Counted from the stretch's first letter, positions 29,211 to 39,919 are shown. The stretch: 64,000 nucleotides of DNA from Candidatus Binatia bacterium (GCA_036496285.1 DASXLI010000018.1:650-64649); one strand, 5' to 3'. Notes: generated by a model from the sequence alone, not told the origin. Numbers and translations: made by a program.

Positions 29211-31298
29211 GTGACGCGGCTCGGTCGAGCCGACGACGCCCTCGCGCCCGTCGCCGGCGCGCCGCGCCTGCTGTCGGCGCTCGCGCTGGTCGTCGCGGTG
29301 GTGGCCCCGTGCATGGTGGCGATGCTTCGGCCGGCGGCCGGTGCCGTCGTCGCCGCGGCGACCGCGGCAGTGGTGCTGGTGTCCGGGATGCGCAGTCGCA
29401 CGCGAAGCGTCGCAGCGCGCTCGGCGACGGCGCCGGCCGTCGATCGGGCGGCGCCCGCGGCGTGCGCCGGCAATCCGGACGAGGTGTTGCGGGCGTGGAG
29501 CGTGGATGCGGCCGCCGAGGCGCTCGTCGTCACCGACCTGCGAGCGCGGATCGTCCTCGCAAACAGCACAGCGCGCCACCTGCTCGGCCCCGCGACGGTC
29601 CCGGGAGCGACGATCGCTGCCGACGACGGCTTCGCGGCAGGCCTCATGCAAGGCGCGGAGTTCCGCCGGGTCCTGCGCGATCTGTACCGCGATGCCGAGG
29701 CGGAAGGCCGAGGCGAGATGACGTTCACCGACGGCGGACGCGTCACCCCGCACGAGTGGGAGAGCCATCCGGTACGCGACCCGAGCGGCGTCGTCGTCGG
29801 GCGTGGCTTCGTCATCCGTGACCGCAGCCAGGCCCACGAGCTGACCGCGCTCAAGCGCGAGTTCCTCTCGACCGTGACGCACGAGCTGCGCACGCCGCTC
29901 ACCTCGGTGAAGGGCTCGCTTCAGCTCGTGCTCGGCAAGGCCACGGCGCTCTCGACCATCGAGCGCGAGCTCCTCGCGATCAGCCTGAAGAACACGGACC
30001 GCCTCATCCGGCTGATCAACGACATGCTCGACATCTCGCAGCTCGAGCTCGGCAAGATGGAGCTTTCCTTCACGCCGATCGCGCCGGCGTCGCTGATCGA
30101 GGAGACGATCGCGGGCCTGCGGTCGTATGCCGCCGGCCGCGACATCACGATTGCGGACGAGCTCGACTCCGATCTCCCGCCGGTCTCCGGCGATCGCGAC
30201 CGTCTCATCCAGGTGCTGACCAACCTCCTGTCGAACGCGGTGAAGTTCTCGCCGACCGGCGGAAAGGTCCTGGTGCATGCCACGTACGACGCGCGCGAGC
30301 TGCGCATCGGCGTGCGCGACTGGGGCGTGGGCATCGCCGCGAACGACCACGGCAGGCTGTTCCAGCGCTTCCAGCGCCTGCACGCGGGGCGCAGCGAGGA
30401 GCCGGGGACCGGCCTCGGCCTCGCCATCTCGAAGGCGATCGTCGATCGCCACGGCGGCAGCATCTTCGTCGAGAGCGAGGAGGCGGCAGGCTCAACGTTC
30501 ACCCTCGTCCTGCCGCTCGCGACGATCGAGCCGGCCGCGGCCGACGACCTGGCGGCCGGCGCGGTCGCGACGGTGCGCCCGACGGTCCTCCTGGTCGACG
30601 ACGACCCGGACTTCGGCACCGTGCTCGAGGTGTCGCTGGCGCCGCGCTATCGCTTGCTGCGCGTGGAGCGCGGCGTCCAGGCGCTCGACGTGGCGCGGGC
30701 CGAGCGGCCCGACCTGGTGCTGCTCGACGTCGTCCTTCCGGATCTCAGCGGCTACGACGTCCTGCGGATCCTGCAGCACAGCGACGCCACCCGCCGCATC
30801 CCGGTCGTCATGCTCACGGTGCAGCCCGAGCGCGTGCTGGCACGCGGTCTCGGTGCCGCCGACGTCGTCGCGAAGCCGGTCGACGTGGCGGAGCTCGAGC
30901 GGGTGATCACCCGGACGCTGCGCGCGCCGTCGCGCGAGAGCGGACTCCGCATCGCCCTCGGGCCGATGCCCTCGCGCGCCCGGGAGCCCCTCGTCGCGGC
31001 GCTCGAGGCGAGCGGCCATGCCGTCTTCACCGCGGCCGACGCCTGGGGCCTCGTGCAGTGCGCCGACGAGCACGACGCGGACGTCGCGGTCGTGGAGGCG
31101 GTGGCGGCCACGGCGCAAGGCACGGTCGCGTTCCTGCGCGGCCATGCCACGACGCGCCGTCTGCCCCTCGTCCTGCTGACGCCGGAGACGGCGGGCCCGG
31201 TCGGCAGCGGCTGCACGCCGGTCGCGCCGTGCGTCGCCGACAGTGAGCTCGTCCGCGTCGTCGAGACGACGGGCCGCCGGCTCCGTCCGGCGAGCTGA
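29211..31298 (+). CDS. Hybrid sensor histidine kinase with two C-terminal receiver-like domains.
   Basis: HisKA H-box (STVTHELRTPLTSV) and HATPase (G1/G2: DWGVGI, GTGLGLAI). Receiver domain (LLVDDDPD...LVLLDVVLPDLSG). A second, degenerate receiver-like segment follows at the C-terminus. Confidence 0.8.
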   Translation: MTRLGRADDALAPVAGAPRLLSALALVVAVVAPCMVAMLRPAAGAVVAAATAAVVLVSGMRSRTRSVAARSATAPAVDRAAPAACAGNPDEVLRAWSVDAAAEALVVTDLRARIVLANSTARHLLGPATVPGATIAADDGFAAGLMQGAEFRRVLRDLYRDAEAEGRGEMTFTDGGRVTPHEWESHPVRDPSGVVVGRGFVIRDRSQAHELTALKREFLSTVTHELRTPLTSVKGSLQLVLGKATALSTIERELLAISLKNTDRLIRLINDMLDISQLELGKMELSFTPIAPASLIEETIAGLRSYAAGRDITIADELDSDLPPVSGDRDRLIQVLTNLLSNAVKFSPTGGKVLVHATYDARELRIGVRDWGVGIAANDHGRLFQRFQRLHAGRSEEPGTGLGLAISKAIVDRHGGSIFVESEEAAGSTFTLVLPLATIEPAAADDLAAGAVATVRPTVLLVDDDPDFGTVLEVSLAPRYRLLRVERGVQALDVARAERPDLVLLDVVLPDLSGYDVLRILQHSDATRRIPVVMLTVQPERVLARGLGAADVVAKPVDVAELERVITRTLRAPSRESGLRIALGPMPSRAREPLVAALEASGHAVFTAADAWGLVQCADEHDADVAVVEAVAATAQGTVAFLRGHATTRRLPLVLLTPETAGPVGSGCTPVAPCVADSELVRVVETTGRRLRPAS

Positions 31299-31332
31299 GC
31301 GGACGCGATCCGAGCGGCGGCGCTACCTAGCG

Positions 31333-31554
31333 CTACTTGGCGCTGCTGCGTTTGCGCGTGAGCGACTGGATGGCCCGCCAGGCGAGCTTGCTCGGGGCGG
31401 CGTGGCCGTTCTCCCACCGGTTCACGGTGGACACGGTCACGGCGATGGCATGGGCGAACTCCTCCTGGGTCATGCCCAGGCGGTTCCGCAGCTCGCGGAT
31501 CGACTGCGGTGCTCCCGGCGTTCCGAGGGAGCTCGGATCAGTATCGCCGTCCAT
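31333..31554 (-). CDS. XRE-family helix-turn-helix transcriptional regulator (73 aa).
   Basis: IRELRNRLGMTQEEFAHAIAVTVSTVNRWENGHAAPS. Confidence 0.55.
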   Translation of the reverse strand: MDGDTDPSSLGTPGAPQSIRELRNRLGMTQEEFAHAIAVTVSTVNRWENGHAAPSKLAWRAIQSLTRKRSSAK

Positions 31555-31807
31555 GTGGCCTCGACCTCCGTGCTCAGATGCCGGCGTGGAGTCCACGGCG
31601 GCTGCCGTGTCAGGCAGCAACCCCCGTGCCACGGCGCCCACCTTGTAGGACGCGGGGTGACGGGGCAGGGCAGCGCGCGCAGCGACGGCGGGGTGGCGAG
31701 TCGGCATGGGAGTGACGCGAAAAGTCTGCGGCCGGGAGGTCCGTTGCCTTCCCCTCGGTTGTTTCGATATCGTCGTTGGCATGCGTTTCAGCACAGAAGG
31801 AGGATTC

Positions 31808-32260
31808 ATGAGGCACACGCGAACGCTCGCGACGCTCGCCATGGCGGGACTGGTGCTGTTGGGGGCGGCGACGGTCCGGGCAGCCTCCACTCCCGAGGAC
31901 ACGGTGAAGCAGTACCTGAAGGCGATGCAGGGCCAGAAGTACGAGGACGCCTACAAGCAGATCTCGAAGGCGATGGCCGGGGGGAAGGACTCCGAGGCCT
32001 GGTCCAAGGAGCAGAAGTACATGATGGAGACCGCCGGCGTGCACATCTTCAAGTTCGACGTGTACCCCGCGAAGGTCGAGGGCGACACCGCGAAGGTGCC
32101 GAACATCCTCAGCTCCCAGGACAAGTTCCTGAACCAGCTGGGCGCCGACGAGTACGAGCTCTACACGGTCATCAAGGAGAACGGCGACTGGCGGATCGAC
32201 CAGCAGGAGCAGGTCGACAAGTCCGACCAGGAGAAGTGGTTCACCAAGAAAGCCGGGTGA
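31808..32260 (+). CDS. Secreted hypothetical protein (signal peptide).
   Basis: GGAGGA Shine-Dalgarno upstream. Signal peptide MRHTRTLATLAMAGLVLLGAATVRAA. Confidence 0.55.
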   Translation: MRHTRTLATLAMAGLVLLGAATVRAASTPEDTVKQYLKAMQGQKYEDAYKQISKAMAGGKDSEAWSKEQKYMMETAGVHIFKFDVYPAKVEGDTAKVPNILSSQDKFLNQLGADEYELYTVIKENGDWRIDQQEQVDKSDQEKWFTKKAG

Positions 32261-32370
32261 CGGGCCCCCCGGGCCGGCCCCTCGCTGTTGACTCTGGCGG
32301 CGTTCCGGGGCACTAAGCCCGGAGTCTGCCGACCTTTTTGGCCCCGCATTCCCTTTCAGGAGGCGCGTAC

Positions 32371-33435
32371 ATGCGAACGACTCGCCGAGCACTCGTGGTG
32401 CTCTTGCTCGTGGCAAGCGGATGGACCGCCGGGTGTCATCCCGAGGTCGAGGTGCCGCCTCTTCCCGAGGCCAAGATCTCGATCATCGGCGATCGCTTCT
32501 TCGACGTGAAGGCGATGTCCGCCGAGCGTGCCCTGATCATCGGCTACCGCGGCAAGATCCTCGAGACGAACGACAGCGGCCGTACCTGGAACGTCATCCC
32601 GAGCCCGACCGATCGCGCGCTCTACAACATCCGCTTCGCCGACGCGCAGCACGGTTGGATCTGCGGCCAAGCCGGCTTGATCCTCGCGACGAACGACGCC
32701 GGCAAGACCTGGACCGAGCAGCACAGCAACACCGACCAATATCTCTTCGCGATCTATCCGATCAGCGCGACGCATCTGTACGCCGTCGGCGACAAGTCGA
32801 CCGTCGTCGAGACGAACGACGGCGGCACCACGTGGCGGCCGCGAAAAATCGAGAAGGGCAAGGAAGGCGTGAGCGCCGACATCGCGCTCGCGGTGCAGGA
32901 TCCGATCTTCTACGACGTCGAGTTCACCGATCCGCAGAACGGCTGGATCGTCGGCGAGTTCGGCACCATCCGTCACACGGCGGACGGCGGCCAGACGTGG
33001 ACCGAGCAGCAGGAGAGCCTCCTCGGCGAGGGCATCGTCGACATCTTCGATCTGCCGACGCTCTTCGGCGTACACTTCGTGAACGCGCAGGAGGGTGTCG
33101 CGGCCGGCCTCGAAGGCAAGATCGCGCACACCCATGACGGCGGTCAGAAGTGGGCGTTCGACAAGGTCGACGAGGCGGTGCCGATCGAGGATCCGCTCTA
33201 CTCACCGTTCATGTTCCCCGACGGTCACGGCTGGGCCGTGGGGTCCGGCGGCGAGGTCGTCAGCAAGGATACGCCCGATGCGCCCTGGAAGCGCGCCAAG
33301 CTCGGCATGCGCCTCTTCACCTGGCTCCGCGGCATCGACTTCTACGACCAGAACAACGGCTGGATCGTCGGCGGCTTCGGCACCATCCTGAAGACCAAGG
33401 ACGGCGGTAAGACCTGGACGCCGAGCGTCGCGTAA
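32371..33435 (+). CDS. BNR/Ycf48-like repeat lipoprotein (beta-propeller).
   Basis: Lipobox LLLVASGWTAGC. Repeated SxDxGxTW BNR motifs (NDSGRTW, NDAGKTW, NDGGTTW, ADGGQTW, HDGGQKW, KDGGKTW). Confidence 0.7.
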   Translation: MRTTRRALVVLLLVASGWTAGCHPEVEVPPLPEAKISIIGDRFFDVKAMSAERALIIGYRGKILETNDSGRTWNVIPSPTDRALYNIRFADAQHGWICGQAGLILATNDAGKTWTEQHSNTDQYLFAIYPISATHLYAVGDKSTVVETNDGGTTWRPRKIEKGKEGVSADIALAVQDPIFYDVEFTDPQNGWIVGEFGTIRHTADGGQTWTEQQESLLGEGIVDIFDLPTLFGVHFVNAQEGVAAGLEGKIAHTHDGGQKWAFDKVDEAVPIEDPLYSPFMFPDGHGWAVGSGGEVVSKDTPDAPWKRAKLGMRLFTWLRGIDFYDQNNGWIVGGFGTILKTKDGGKTWTPSVA

Positions 33436-33573
33436 CGCTCCGCCGGGGAGGCGGTGACGCCGTCTCCCCGGCCAGTTCGCCACGGACCGCGTCGCGGCCA
33501 CCGCGGTCTCCCGATCGCCCCTATCGCCCGTATCGCATTGATAGGCCGCGGGCCGTTCCCTAGCATACGGGTG

Positions 33574-34299
33574 ATGCGACGGACTCGTGGGTCGTGGCGT
33601 GCTCTCGGCGTGTCGCTCGCGGTTCTCGCGGCGGGATGCGGCCTCGTCACCGCGCATCCGCGGGACGAGCAGGACTTCTTTCCGCTCGCGCCGTCGTCAC
33701 AGTGGGAGTACGCGGTCAGCCGTCATGGTGAAACGGGGGTGCTGCGCTTCGTGGCGACCGTACGATCGGATCCGTATCGCACCGCGGACGGGCGCGCCTG
33801 CCCGATCGTCGACGAGCAGTACGGCGCCGACGCCGTCCGCTATCCGGTCGTCTACTGCCGTGAGAGCGGCTTCCTGCACCGGCTGATGTCGCTCGAGTAC
33901 AAAGGCGAGACCCTCGAGGACAACGGCCTCAGGTCGGGTGAGCTCAAGTTCCTGCCGCTCGACTTGCGCGCGGCGCGCGACTGGGAAGGCACCACCAATG
34001 CGTACCACCTGCCGGACGGGTCGGGCTTCGAGGTGCGGCAGCTGCATCACGTCCTGCCGCGGCTCGAGCGGGTCGACGTCCCGGCCGGCGCGTTCCGGCA
34101 ATGTGTCCACGTCGAGACGAAGGCGATCCACTCGGCGATCGACGTGGACGGCGCCCATACCGGCCCGCAGGTCGTGCTGTACTACTCCGATTGGTATGCG
34201 CCGGGCGTCGGTCTCGTCCGCACCGATCAGCGCGACGCCGACGCGCACGCGATGACGACGATCGAGCTGGTGCACTACGCGGCCGGGGGGCGGCGATGA
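33574..34299 (+). CDS. Putative lipoprotein of unknown function.
   Basis: Lipobox-like signal peptide (LAVLAAGCG). The stop overlaps the start of the downstream ABC ATPase gene. Confidence 0.5.
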   Translation: MRRTRGSWRALGVSLAVLAAGCGLVTAHPRDEQDFFPLAPSSQWEYAVSRHGETGVLRFVATVRSDPYRTADGRACPIVDEQYGADAVRYPVVYCRESGFLHRLMSLEYKGETLEDNGLRSGELKFLPLDLRAARDWEGTTNAYHLPDGSGFEVRQLHHVLPRLERVDVPAGAFRQCVHVETKAIHSAIDVDGAHTGPQVVLYYSDWYAPGVGLVRTDQRDADAHAMTTIELVHYAAGGRR

Positions 34300-35243
34300 T
34301 CGCGGTCGAGGGCCTGGTCAAGGACTTCGGCCGTACGCGCGCGGTCGCGGGGGTGACCTTCCACGTCGCCGCGGGCGAGATCATGGGGCTCCTCGGCCCG
34401 AACGGCTCGGGCAAGACGACGATCATGCGGGTCCTGACCGGCTTCTTTCCGCCGAGCGAGGGCCGGGTCTCGATCGACGGCATCGACGTCGAGCGCGACC
34501 CACTCGCAGTGCGGGAGCGCATCGGCTACCTGCCCGAGAACGTCGTCCTCTACCCCGACCTCACCGTCACCCGCTTCCTGCGCTTCTGCGCCGAGGTGAA
34601 GGGCGTGCCGGCCGCGTCGCGCCGTGCCCGGCTCGACGAGGTGATGGCCGCGTGCGGCCTCACCGAGGTCGCCGGCAAGCTCATCGGCAAGCTCTCGAAG
34701 GGCTACCGCCAGCGCGTCGGGATCGCGCAGGCGCTCATGCACCGGCCGCGCGTGCTCATCCTCGACGAGCCGACGGTCGGCCTCGACCCGCGGCAGATCA
34801 TCGAGATCCGCTCGCTCATCAAGTCGCTCGCCGGCGAGACGACGGTCCTGCTCAGCACGCACATCCTGCCCGAGGTGAGCATGACCTGCAGCCGCGTCAT
34901 GATCATCGACTACGGCCGCATCATCGCCGAGGACACCGCGGACGGGCTCTCGCAGCGCGTGCGCGGCTCGAACGAGACCCGCGTCCGCGTCGCCGGGCCG
35001 CGCGCCGAGGTGCTGGCGGCGCTGCGCGGCGCGCCCGGCGTCGAGGACCTGCGCGAGGAGCCGCTCGACGACGGCGCCATCACCGCGGTCGTGCGCTCGG
35101 CGCGCGGCGACGAGCTGCGCCGCGAGCTCGCGACGACCGTGGTCGGCCGTGGCTGGGGACTGCTCGAGATGCGCTCGCTGCCGATGAGCCTCGAGGATCT
35201 CTTCGTCCGGCTCGTGCGCGAGGAGCGGGACGCCGCCGCGTGA
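34296..35243 (+). CDS. ABC transporter ATP-binding protein (GldA-like).
   Basis: Walker A (GLLGPNGSGKTT), signature (LSKGYRQRV) and Walker B (ILILDEP). Confidence 0.85.
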   Translation: MIAVEGLVKDFGRTRAVAGVTFHVAAGEIMGLLGPNGSGKTTIMRVLTGFFPPSEGRVSIDGIDVERDPLAVRERIGYLPENVVLYPDLTVTRFLRFCAEVKGVPAASRRARLDEVMAACGLTEVAGKLIGKLSKGYRQRVGIAQALMHRPRVLILDEPTVGLDPRQIIEIRSLIKSLAGETTVLLSTHILPEVSMTCSRVMIIDYGRIIAEDTADGLSQRVRGSNETRVRVAGPRAEVLAALRGAPGVEDLREEPLDDGAITAVVRSARGDELRRELATTVVGRGWGLLEMRSLPMSLEDLFVRLVREERDAAA

Positions 35244-35998
35244 GGACGCTCGCGAGAACGCTGAGCCTGATGCGCAAGGAGCTGGCGTCGTACTTCGCCG
35301 GCCCGCTCGTGTACGTGGTGATCGGCGCGTTCCTCTGCGTGACCGGCCTGCAGTTCTACACCACCCTCAACAGCTTCGTGACGATCGGCTTCGGGCTGAA
35401 CATCCTCGAGCACTTCTGGGAGGAGTTCTTCAACAACTCGATCGCCTTCTACCTGCTGATCGTGGTGCCGCTCTTCACCATGCGCCTCCTGGCGGAGGAG
35501 CGCCGGCTCGGCACGATCGAGCTGCTCTACACGTATCCGCTGCGCGACCGCGAGATCATGCTCGGCAAGTTCCTCGCGTGCCTGCTCGTCTTTCTGCTGT
35601 TCGTCGCCTGCACGCTGCTCTACCCGGCGATCGTGTACGCCATCCAGCCCTTCGATCCGCGGCCGTTCGTGGCGCGCTATCTCGGCACCGTGCTGTTCCT
35701 CGCGAGCTGCATCGCCTGCGGCCTCTTCATCTCGTCGCTCACCGACAGCCAGCTGATCGCCTCGTCGTGCACGTTCATCGTGCTCCTGCTGTTCTGGATC
35801 CTCACCTGGAACGAGGCGGCGGTGAACGGCTCGCTCGTCACGGTGCTGAGCCAGATCTCGACCTTCGACCACTTCCACACCTTCTCGACCGGCGTCATCG
35901 ACGTGAAGGACTGCTTGTACTTCGCGTTCTTCATCGGGCTGTTCCTCTTCCTCACCCTGCGATCCATGGAGTCGCGACAATGGCGAGGGCGGCGGTGA
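35240..35998 (+). CDS. ABC-2 family permease (GldF-like).
   Basis: Six predicted transmembrane helices. The GTG start overlaps the ATPase stop. Confidence 0.7.
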   Translation: MRTLARTLSLMRKELASYFAGPLVYVVIGAFLCVTGLQFYTTLNSFVTIGFGLNILEHFWEEFFNNSIAFYLLIVVPLFTMRLLAEERRLGTIELLYTYPLRDREIMLGKFLACLLVFLLFVACTLLYPAIVYAIQPFDPRPFVARYLGTVLFLASCIACGLFISSLTDSQLIASSCTFIVLLLFWILTWNEAAVNGSLVTVLSQISTFDHFHTFSTGVIDVKDCLYFAFFIGLFLFLTLRSMESRQWRGRR

Positions 35999-37332
35999 GG
36001 ACGCGCGCGGGCCAGCTGCCGGCGCTGGTGGTCGGGACGCTCGGCCTGATCGGCTGCGCGGCGCTGATCCTGGTGATCGCGTACCGCCACACGTGGCGCC
36101 TCGACCTCACCCCGGAGCGCTCGTACACGCTCTCGTCGCACGCGCGGCGCATCCTCGACGGCCTCGACCGCGACGTGCACATCACCGTCTTCGTGCGGAC
36201 CGAGGACCCGCGGACGCCGTTCCTGAAGGACCTGCTCTGGCGCGTCGGCAACGCATCGCCACGCGTGCGCTACGACTTCGTCGACCTGAACCGCTCGCCG
36301 GCCCTCGCCAAGCAGTACGGCATCGAGCGCTATGGCGCCCTGGTGGTCGAGAGCGGCGACCGCCGGCGCGACGTCTCGAACGTCGCCGAGGGCGCCTTGC
36401 TCGCCGCGATCCTGGCCGTGACCCGGCCGGCGGACCGCAGCGTCTACTTCCTCACCGGGCATGGCGAGCACGCGCCGACCGACAGCGATCACAACACGGG
36501 CTACTCGAACGTGTCGCGGGCGCTCGAGGAGGACCAGTTCCACGTGCGCGAGCTCGCGCTGCTCGGTCCCGAGGGCGTGCCCGCCGACGCGACGCTGGTC
36601 GTGATCGCGGGGCCGCGGAAGGATCTGCTGCCAGGCGAGGCCGAACGCCTGGAGGCCTACCTCGACCGCGGCGGCGCGCTGCTCCTGCTGCTCGACCCGG
36701 AGAGCCCGCCGTCGTTCGCGGCGATCGCGGCACGCCGCGGGATCACGCCGCTCGACCAGGTCGTGGTCGATCCGGAGCGGCGCCTCGCACAGGGCGAGGG
36801 GGTCACGATCCTGGTCTCCGGTCTGACGCCGTCCTTCCTCGTGAGCGGCACGCTCGAGGCCCCGCCGGTCTTCTCCTACGCCCGCCCGCTGCGCGTGACC
36901 TCGGACGCCGATCATCCGATCGTGAGCTTCCTCCAGAGCAGCGCCGCGAGCTACACGGTGCCGACCGGCGCACCGCCCGACGGCCGCGGCGGACCGGCGG
37001 CAGCGCAGGTGGTCGGCGCGGCCAAGGTGCTGGCTCCGGCGACCGACGCGGGCAAGCCCGGGCGGCTGATCGTCCTCGGCGATGCCGATTTCGCCACGAA
37101 CAGGTACCTCGACTACCTCGGGAACCGCGATCTGCTGGTGAACGCGGCCAACTGGCTCGCGCGCGAGGAGTCGCTGATCGCGGCGCGCGCGCAGCAGAAG
37201 GAGTCCGGCCGCGAGCAGTTCTTCGTGACCGACGCGCAGGGGCGGATGGCGTTCTGGCTCGCCGCGGTAGCGCAACCAACGCTCTTCTTCGCGCTCGGCG
37301 TCGTTGCCTTCGTGCGCAGGCGCCGCGCATGA
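35980..37332 (+). CDS. GldG-like ABC-transporter auxiliary component.
   Basis: N- and C-terminal transmembrane anchors flanking a large periplasmic domain; operon position after the ATPase and permease. Confidence 0.65.
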   Translation: MARAAVRTRAGQLPALVVGTLGLIGCAALILVIAYRHTWRLDLTPERSYTLSSHARRILDGLDRDVHITVFVRTEDPRTPFLKDLLWRVGNASPRVRYDFVDLNRSPALAKQYGIERYGALVVESGDRRRDVSNVAEGALLAAILAVTRPADRSVYFLTGHGEHAPTDSDHNTGYSNVSRALEEDQFHVRELALLGPEGVPADATLVVIAGPRKDLLPGEAERLEAYLDRGGALLLLLDPESPPSFAAIAARRGITPLDQVVVDPERRLAQGEGVTILVSGLTPSFLVSGTLEAPPVFSYARPLRVTSDADHPIVSFLQSSAASYTVPTGAPPDGRGGPAAAQVVGAAKVLAPATDAGKPGRLIVLGDADFATNRYLDYLGNRDLLVNAANWLAREESLIAARAQQKESGREQFFVTDAQGRMAFWLAAVAQPTLFFALGVVAFVRRRRA

Positions 37333-37871
37333 GCTGGCGTGCGGTCGGCATCGTGTACGCCGTGCTGGCGCTGCTCGTGGCGGCGGTGATCCTCGACCAG
37401 CGTCCGCCGGCCGACGCGCCGATCCCCGACAGCGCGCCCTCGCGCTCGCTGCTCGGCGTCGACCAGAGCGCCGTGCGCGCCGTCGTGTTCCGCCGCGGTG
37501 ACGCGCAGGTGCGGGCCGAGCGCTCCGACGGCCGCTGGCGCACGGTCGAGCCCGCGGGCGCGGCGGTGCCACCGGATCTCGTCGACGCCGCCGTCGCGAC
37601 GCTCACGGCCGGCCAGGTGTCCGAGGTGGTCGCGGGGGACGGCAAGGCCACGGACCTCGCCGTCTTCGGGCTCGTGCACCCGACGTCGGCGATCGTGCTG
37701 ACGACCGAGATCGGCGGCACGCCGCGCGAGACGACGGTGCTCCTCGGCGACCGCAATCCGACCCGCACGGCGCTCTACGCGCGGCGCGCCGAGGATCCGC
37801 GCGTCTACCTCGTGGGCCTGAACGTCCGCTACTACGAGGATCTGATCTTCACGGCCGCGGGCCGGGGCTGA
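37329..37871 (+). CDS. DUF4340-like protein (membrane-anchored), last gene of the Gld-like ABC operon.
   Basis: N-terminal transmembrane segment. Start overlaps the GldG-like stop (ATGA). Confidence 0.5.
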   Translation: MSWRAVGIVYAVLALLVAAVILDQRPPADAPIPDSAPSRSLLGVDQSAVRAVVFRRGDAQVRAERSDGRWRTVEPAGAAVPPDLVDAAVATLTAGQVSEVVAGDGKATDLAVFGLVHPTSAIVLTTEIGGTPRETTVLLGDRNPTRTALYARRAEDPRVYLVGLNVRYYEDLIFTAAGRG

Positions 37872-38454
37872 GCTCGGCGGCGCGGCGGAACGACGCCGTG
37901 TGCAGCGGGCGTCCTTCGGCCCGGTACTTGCGCGCGAACCCGGTCGACAGGCCGGGATGGTCGTCGCCCGTCGACACCTCCGCGAAGCGTCGGTCGGCGA
38001 GCACCACGGCCCGGATACGGGCCATGTACGGCGCGACGTCGGTCGCGACGTAGAGGGCGCCGTCGGCCGGCAGCACGCGTGCGAGCGCGGCGACGAACGA
38101 CGGCGAGAAGATGCGTCGCGGCACGTGCCGCCGCTTCGGCCACGGATCGGGGAAGTACACGTGCACGGCGCTGACCGAGGCCGCCGGCACCATCGCAAGC
38201 GCGTAGGTCGCGTCGGCCTGCAGCGTGCGCACGTGGGGCGAGCCGAGGCGGGCGACGCGCGCGGCGAGCCGCCGCGACTTGCCGGGCGACCGCTCGATGC
38301 CGAGCAGGTTGCGGCGTGGCGTCGCGGCCGCGCGCGCCAGGAGGAACGCACCGTCGCCCGAGCCGATCTCGATCTCGACGGGGGCCGGATCGCCGAAGAT
38401 CCCGGCCCAGAACGCGAGGCCGTCGGGGCGCGTCGCGGGCGCCGGCGCGTTCAT
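37849..38454 (-). CDS. trmB: tRNA (guanine-N7)-methyltransferase.
   Basis: VEIEIGSGDGAFLL and VHVYFPDPWPKRRH motifs. Confidence 0.8.
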   Translation of the reverse strand: MNAPAPATRPDGLAFWAGIFGDPAPVEIEIGSGDGAFLLARAAATPRRNLLGIERSPGKSRRLAARVARLGSPHVRTLQADATYALAMVPAASVSAVHVYFPDPWPKRRHVPRRIFSPSFVAALARVLPADGALYVATDVAPYMARIRAVVLADRRFAEVSTGDDHPGLSTGFARKYRAEGRPLHTASFRRAAELSPGPRP

Positions 38455-39200
38455 CGCACGAACGGGGAGCGCTGCGGCCGCAGCACGATCTCGGCGCACG
38501 CCGCGGTGGAGGCAGTGCGGATCGCGAACAGCACCGCGTCCGCCACGTCCTCGGGCCGGAGCATGCGGGCGCGGTCGATGCGACGGTTCCCCGGGACGAG
38601 CGCCGTGTCGACGAAGCCGGGGGAGACCACCGCGACGCGGATGCCGGTCTCGCGGATCTCCTCGAAGAGCGACTGGGCGAAGCCGCGGATCCCGAACTTC
38701 GCCGCCGAGTAGGCCGCGGCGCCGGCGGCGCCGGCCATTCCCGCGATCGAGGCGACGAAGACGATCGCCGGCTCCGTGCCGCGACGCAGCGCCGGCAGGA
38801 GCCGATGCGTGAGCAGCATCGGCATGCGCAGGTTCAGCCGCAGGGTCGCGTCCCAGACGGCGACCGGCGAGCGCTCGAAGTCGTCGTGCGGCGGCCCCCC
38901 GCCGGCATTCTGCACCAGCACGTCGAGGCCGCCGAGCAGCTCCTGGACGCGCTCGGTCATCGCGAGCAGCGCGCCGTCGTCGGTGAGGTCGGCGACGATC
39001 GTGTGCGCGGTGCCGCCGTCGCGGCGGATCTGCCCGGCGGTCTCCTCGAGCTGGGCCGCGGTGCGCGCCGTGAGCGCGACCGTGGCTCCGGCCCGGGCCA
39101 GGGCGCAGGCCACCGCGTGGCCGATGCCCCGGCCCGCCCCGGTGACGAGAGCGCTGCGTCCTCGCAGGGTATCGGCGTCCACGACCGTCACCCGTAGCAC
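38451..39200 (-). CDS. SDR-family short-chain dehydrogenase/reductase.
   Basis: TGAGRGIG cofactor motif and the catalytic YSAAK motif. Confidence 0.8.
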   Translation of the reverse strand: MLRVTVVDADTLRGRSALVTGAGRGIGHAVACALARAGATVALTARTAAQLEETAGQIRRDGGTAHTIVADLTDDGALLAMTERVQELLGGLDVLVQNAGGGPPHDDFERSPVAVWDATLRLNLRMPMLLTHRLLPALRRGTEPAIVFVASIAGMAGAAGAAAYSAAKFGIRGFAQSLFEEIRETGIRVAVVSPGFVDTALVPGNRRIDRARMLRPEDVADAVLFAIRTASTAACAEIVLRPQRSPFVR

Positions 39201-39322
39201 GGCCGCGCCCGGCGGACGACGGCCGGGGCGGGGCGTCGGCGGAATCGCGACGACCTCGTTGCCTCCGAGGCAGGCCCTGAGTAGACTCCGGCGCCTTTCA
39301 CGAGCCCACCATCGGAGGACCC

Positions 39323-39919
39323 ATGAACCCCGTCGCGCGCGCCGCCATAAGGCATTGCTTGTTCACGATCGCGGCTGCCGCCGTGCTCTCGATGGGGCCG
39401 GGTCTCGCTTCGGCGAGCGCCGGCTGCACCGCTGCTCCGCGCAGCGCTTGCACCCTGCCGTTCACGCCGCACAAGTCGACCTTCAGCTTCTTCCAGACCG
39501 GCGGCCACGATCCTGATGACATCTACGAGTGGAAGTGGAAGCACGGATCCGCGACGACGCTCGCGTCCTTCGGCAGCCCGCCGGCGACGGGCTACGCGTT
39601 CTGCGTCTACGATGCGTCGCCGCGGACACAGCCCTTGATCGCCAACACACCCGACGATCCGTCGGCGTGGACGTCCATCCGGAACGGCTGGGGGTATCTC
39701 GTGCGCGGCGAGAATGCCTTCCGCGTCGTGCGGCTGCACGCGGGCCCCGACGGCAAGGCGAACGCGATCGTGCACGGCAACTCGGACACGGTGACGCCGC
39801 TGCTGCCGTTCGAGCCTCCCGTCGTCGTCCAGCTGCAGACCGACGACGCCGGATGTTGGGAAACGGACTTTTCCGCGGCAGCGCGGACCAACGCAACGAC
39901 GTTCAAGGCGCGCGACTAG
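39323..39919 (+). CDS. Secreted hypothetical protein.
   Basis: GGAGGA Shine-Dalgarno upstream; signal peptide; several Cys and Trp. Confidence 0.45.
   Translation: MNPVARAAIRHCLFTIAAAAVLSMGPGLASASAGCTAAPRSACTLPFTPHKSTFSFFQTGGHDPDDIYEWKWKHGSATTLASFGSPPATGYAFCVYDASPRTQPLIANTPDDPSAWTSIRNGWGYLVRGENAFRVVRLHAGPDGKANAIVHGNSDTVTPLLPFEPPVVVQLQTDDAGCWETDFSAAARTNATTFKARD

Noticed and set aside
35677-37572. Minus-strand ORF of 631 aa antisense to the GldG-like gene.
   Set aside because: Antisense artefact with an extreme Arg/Pro/Ala bias.
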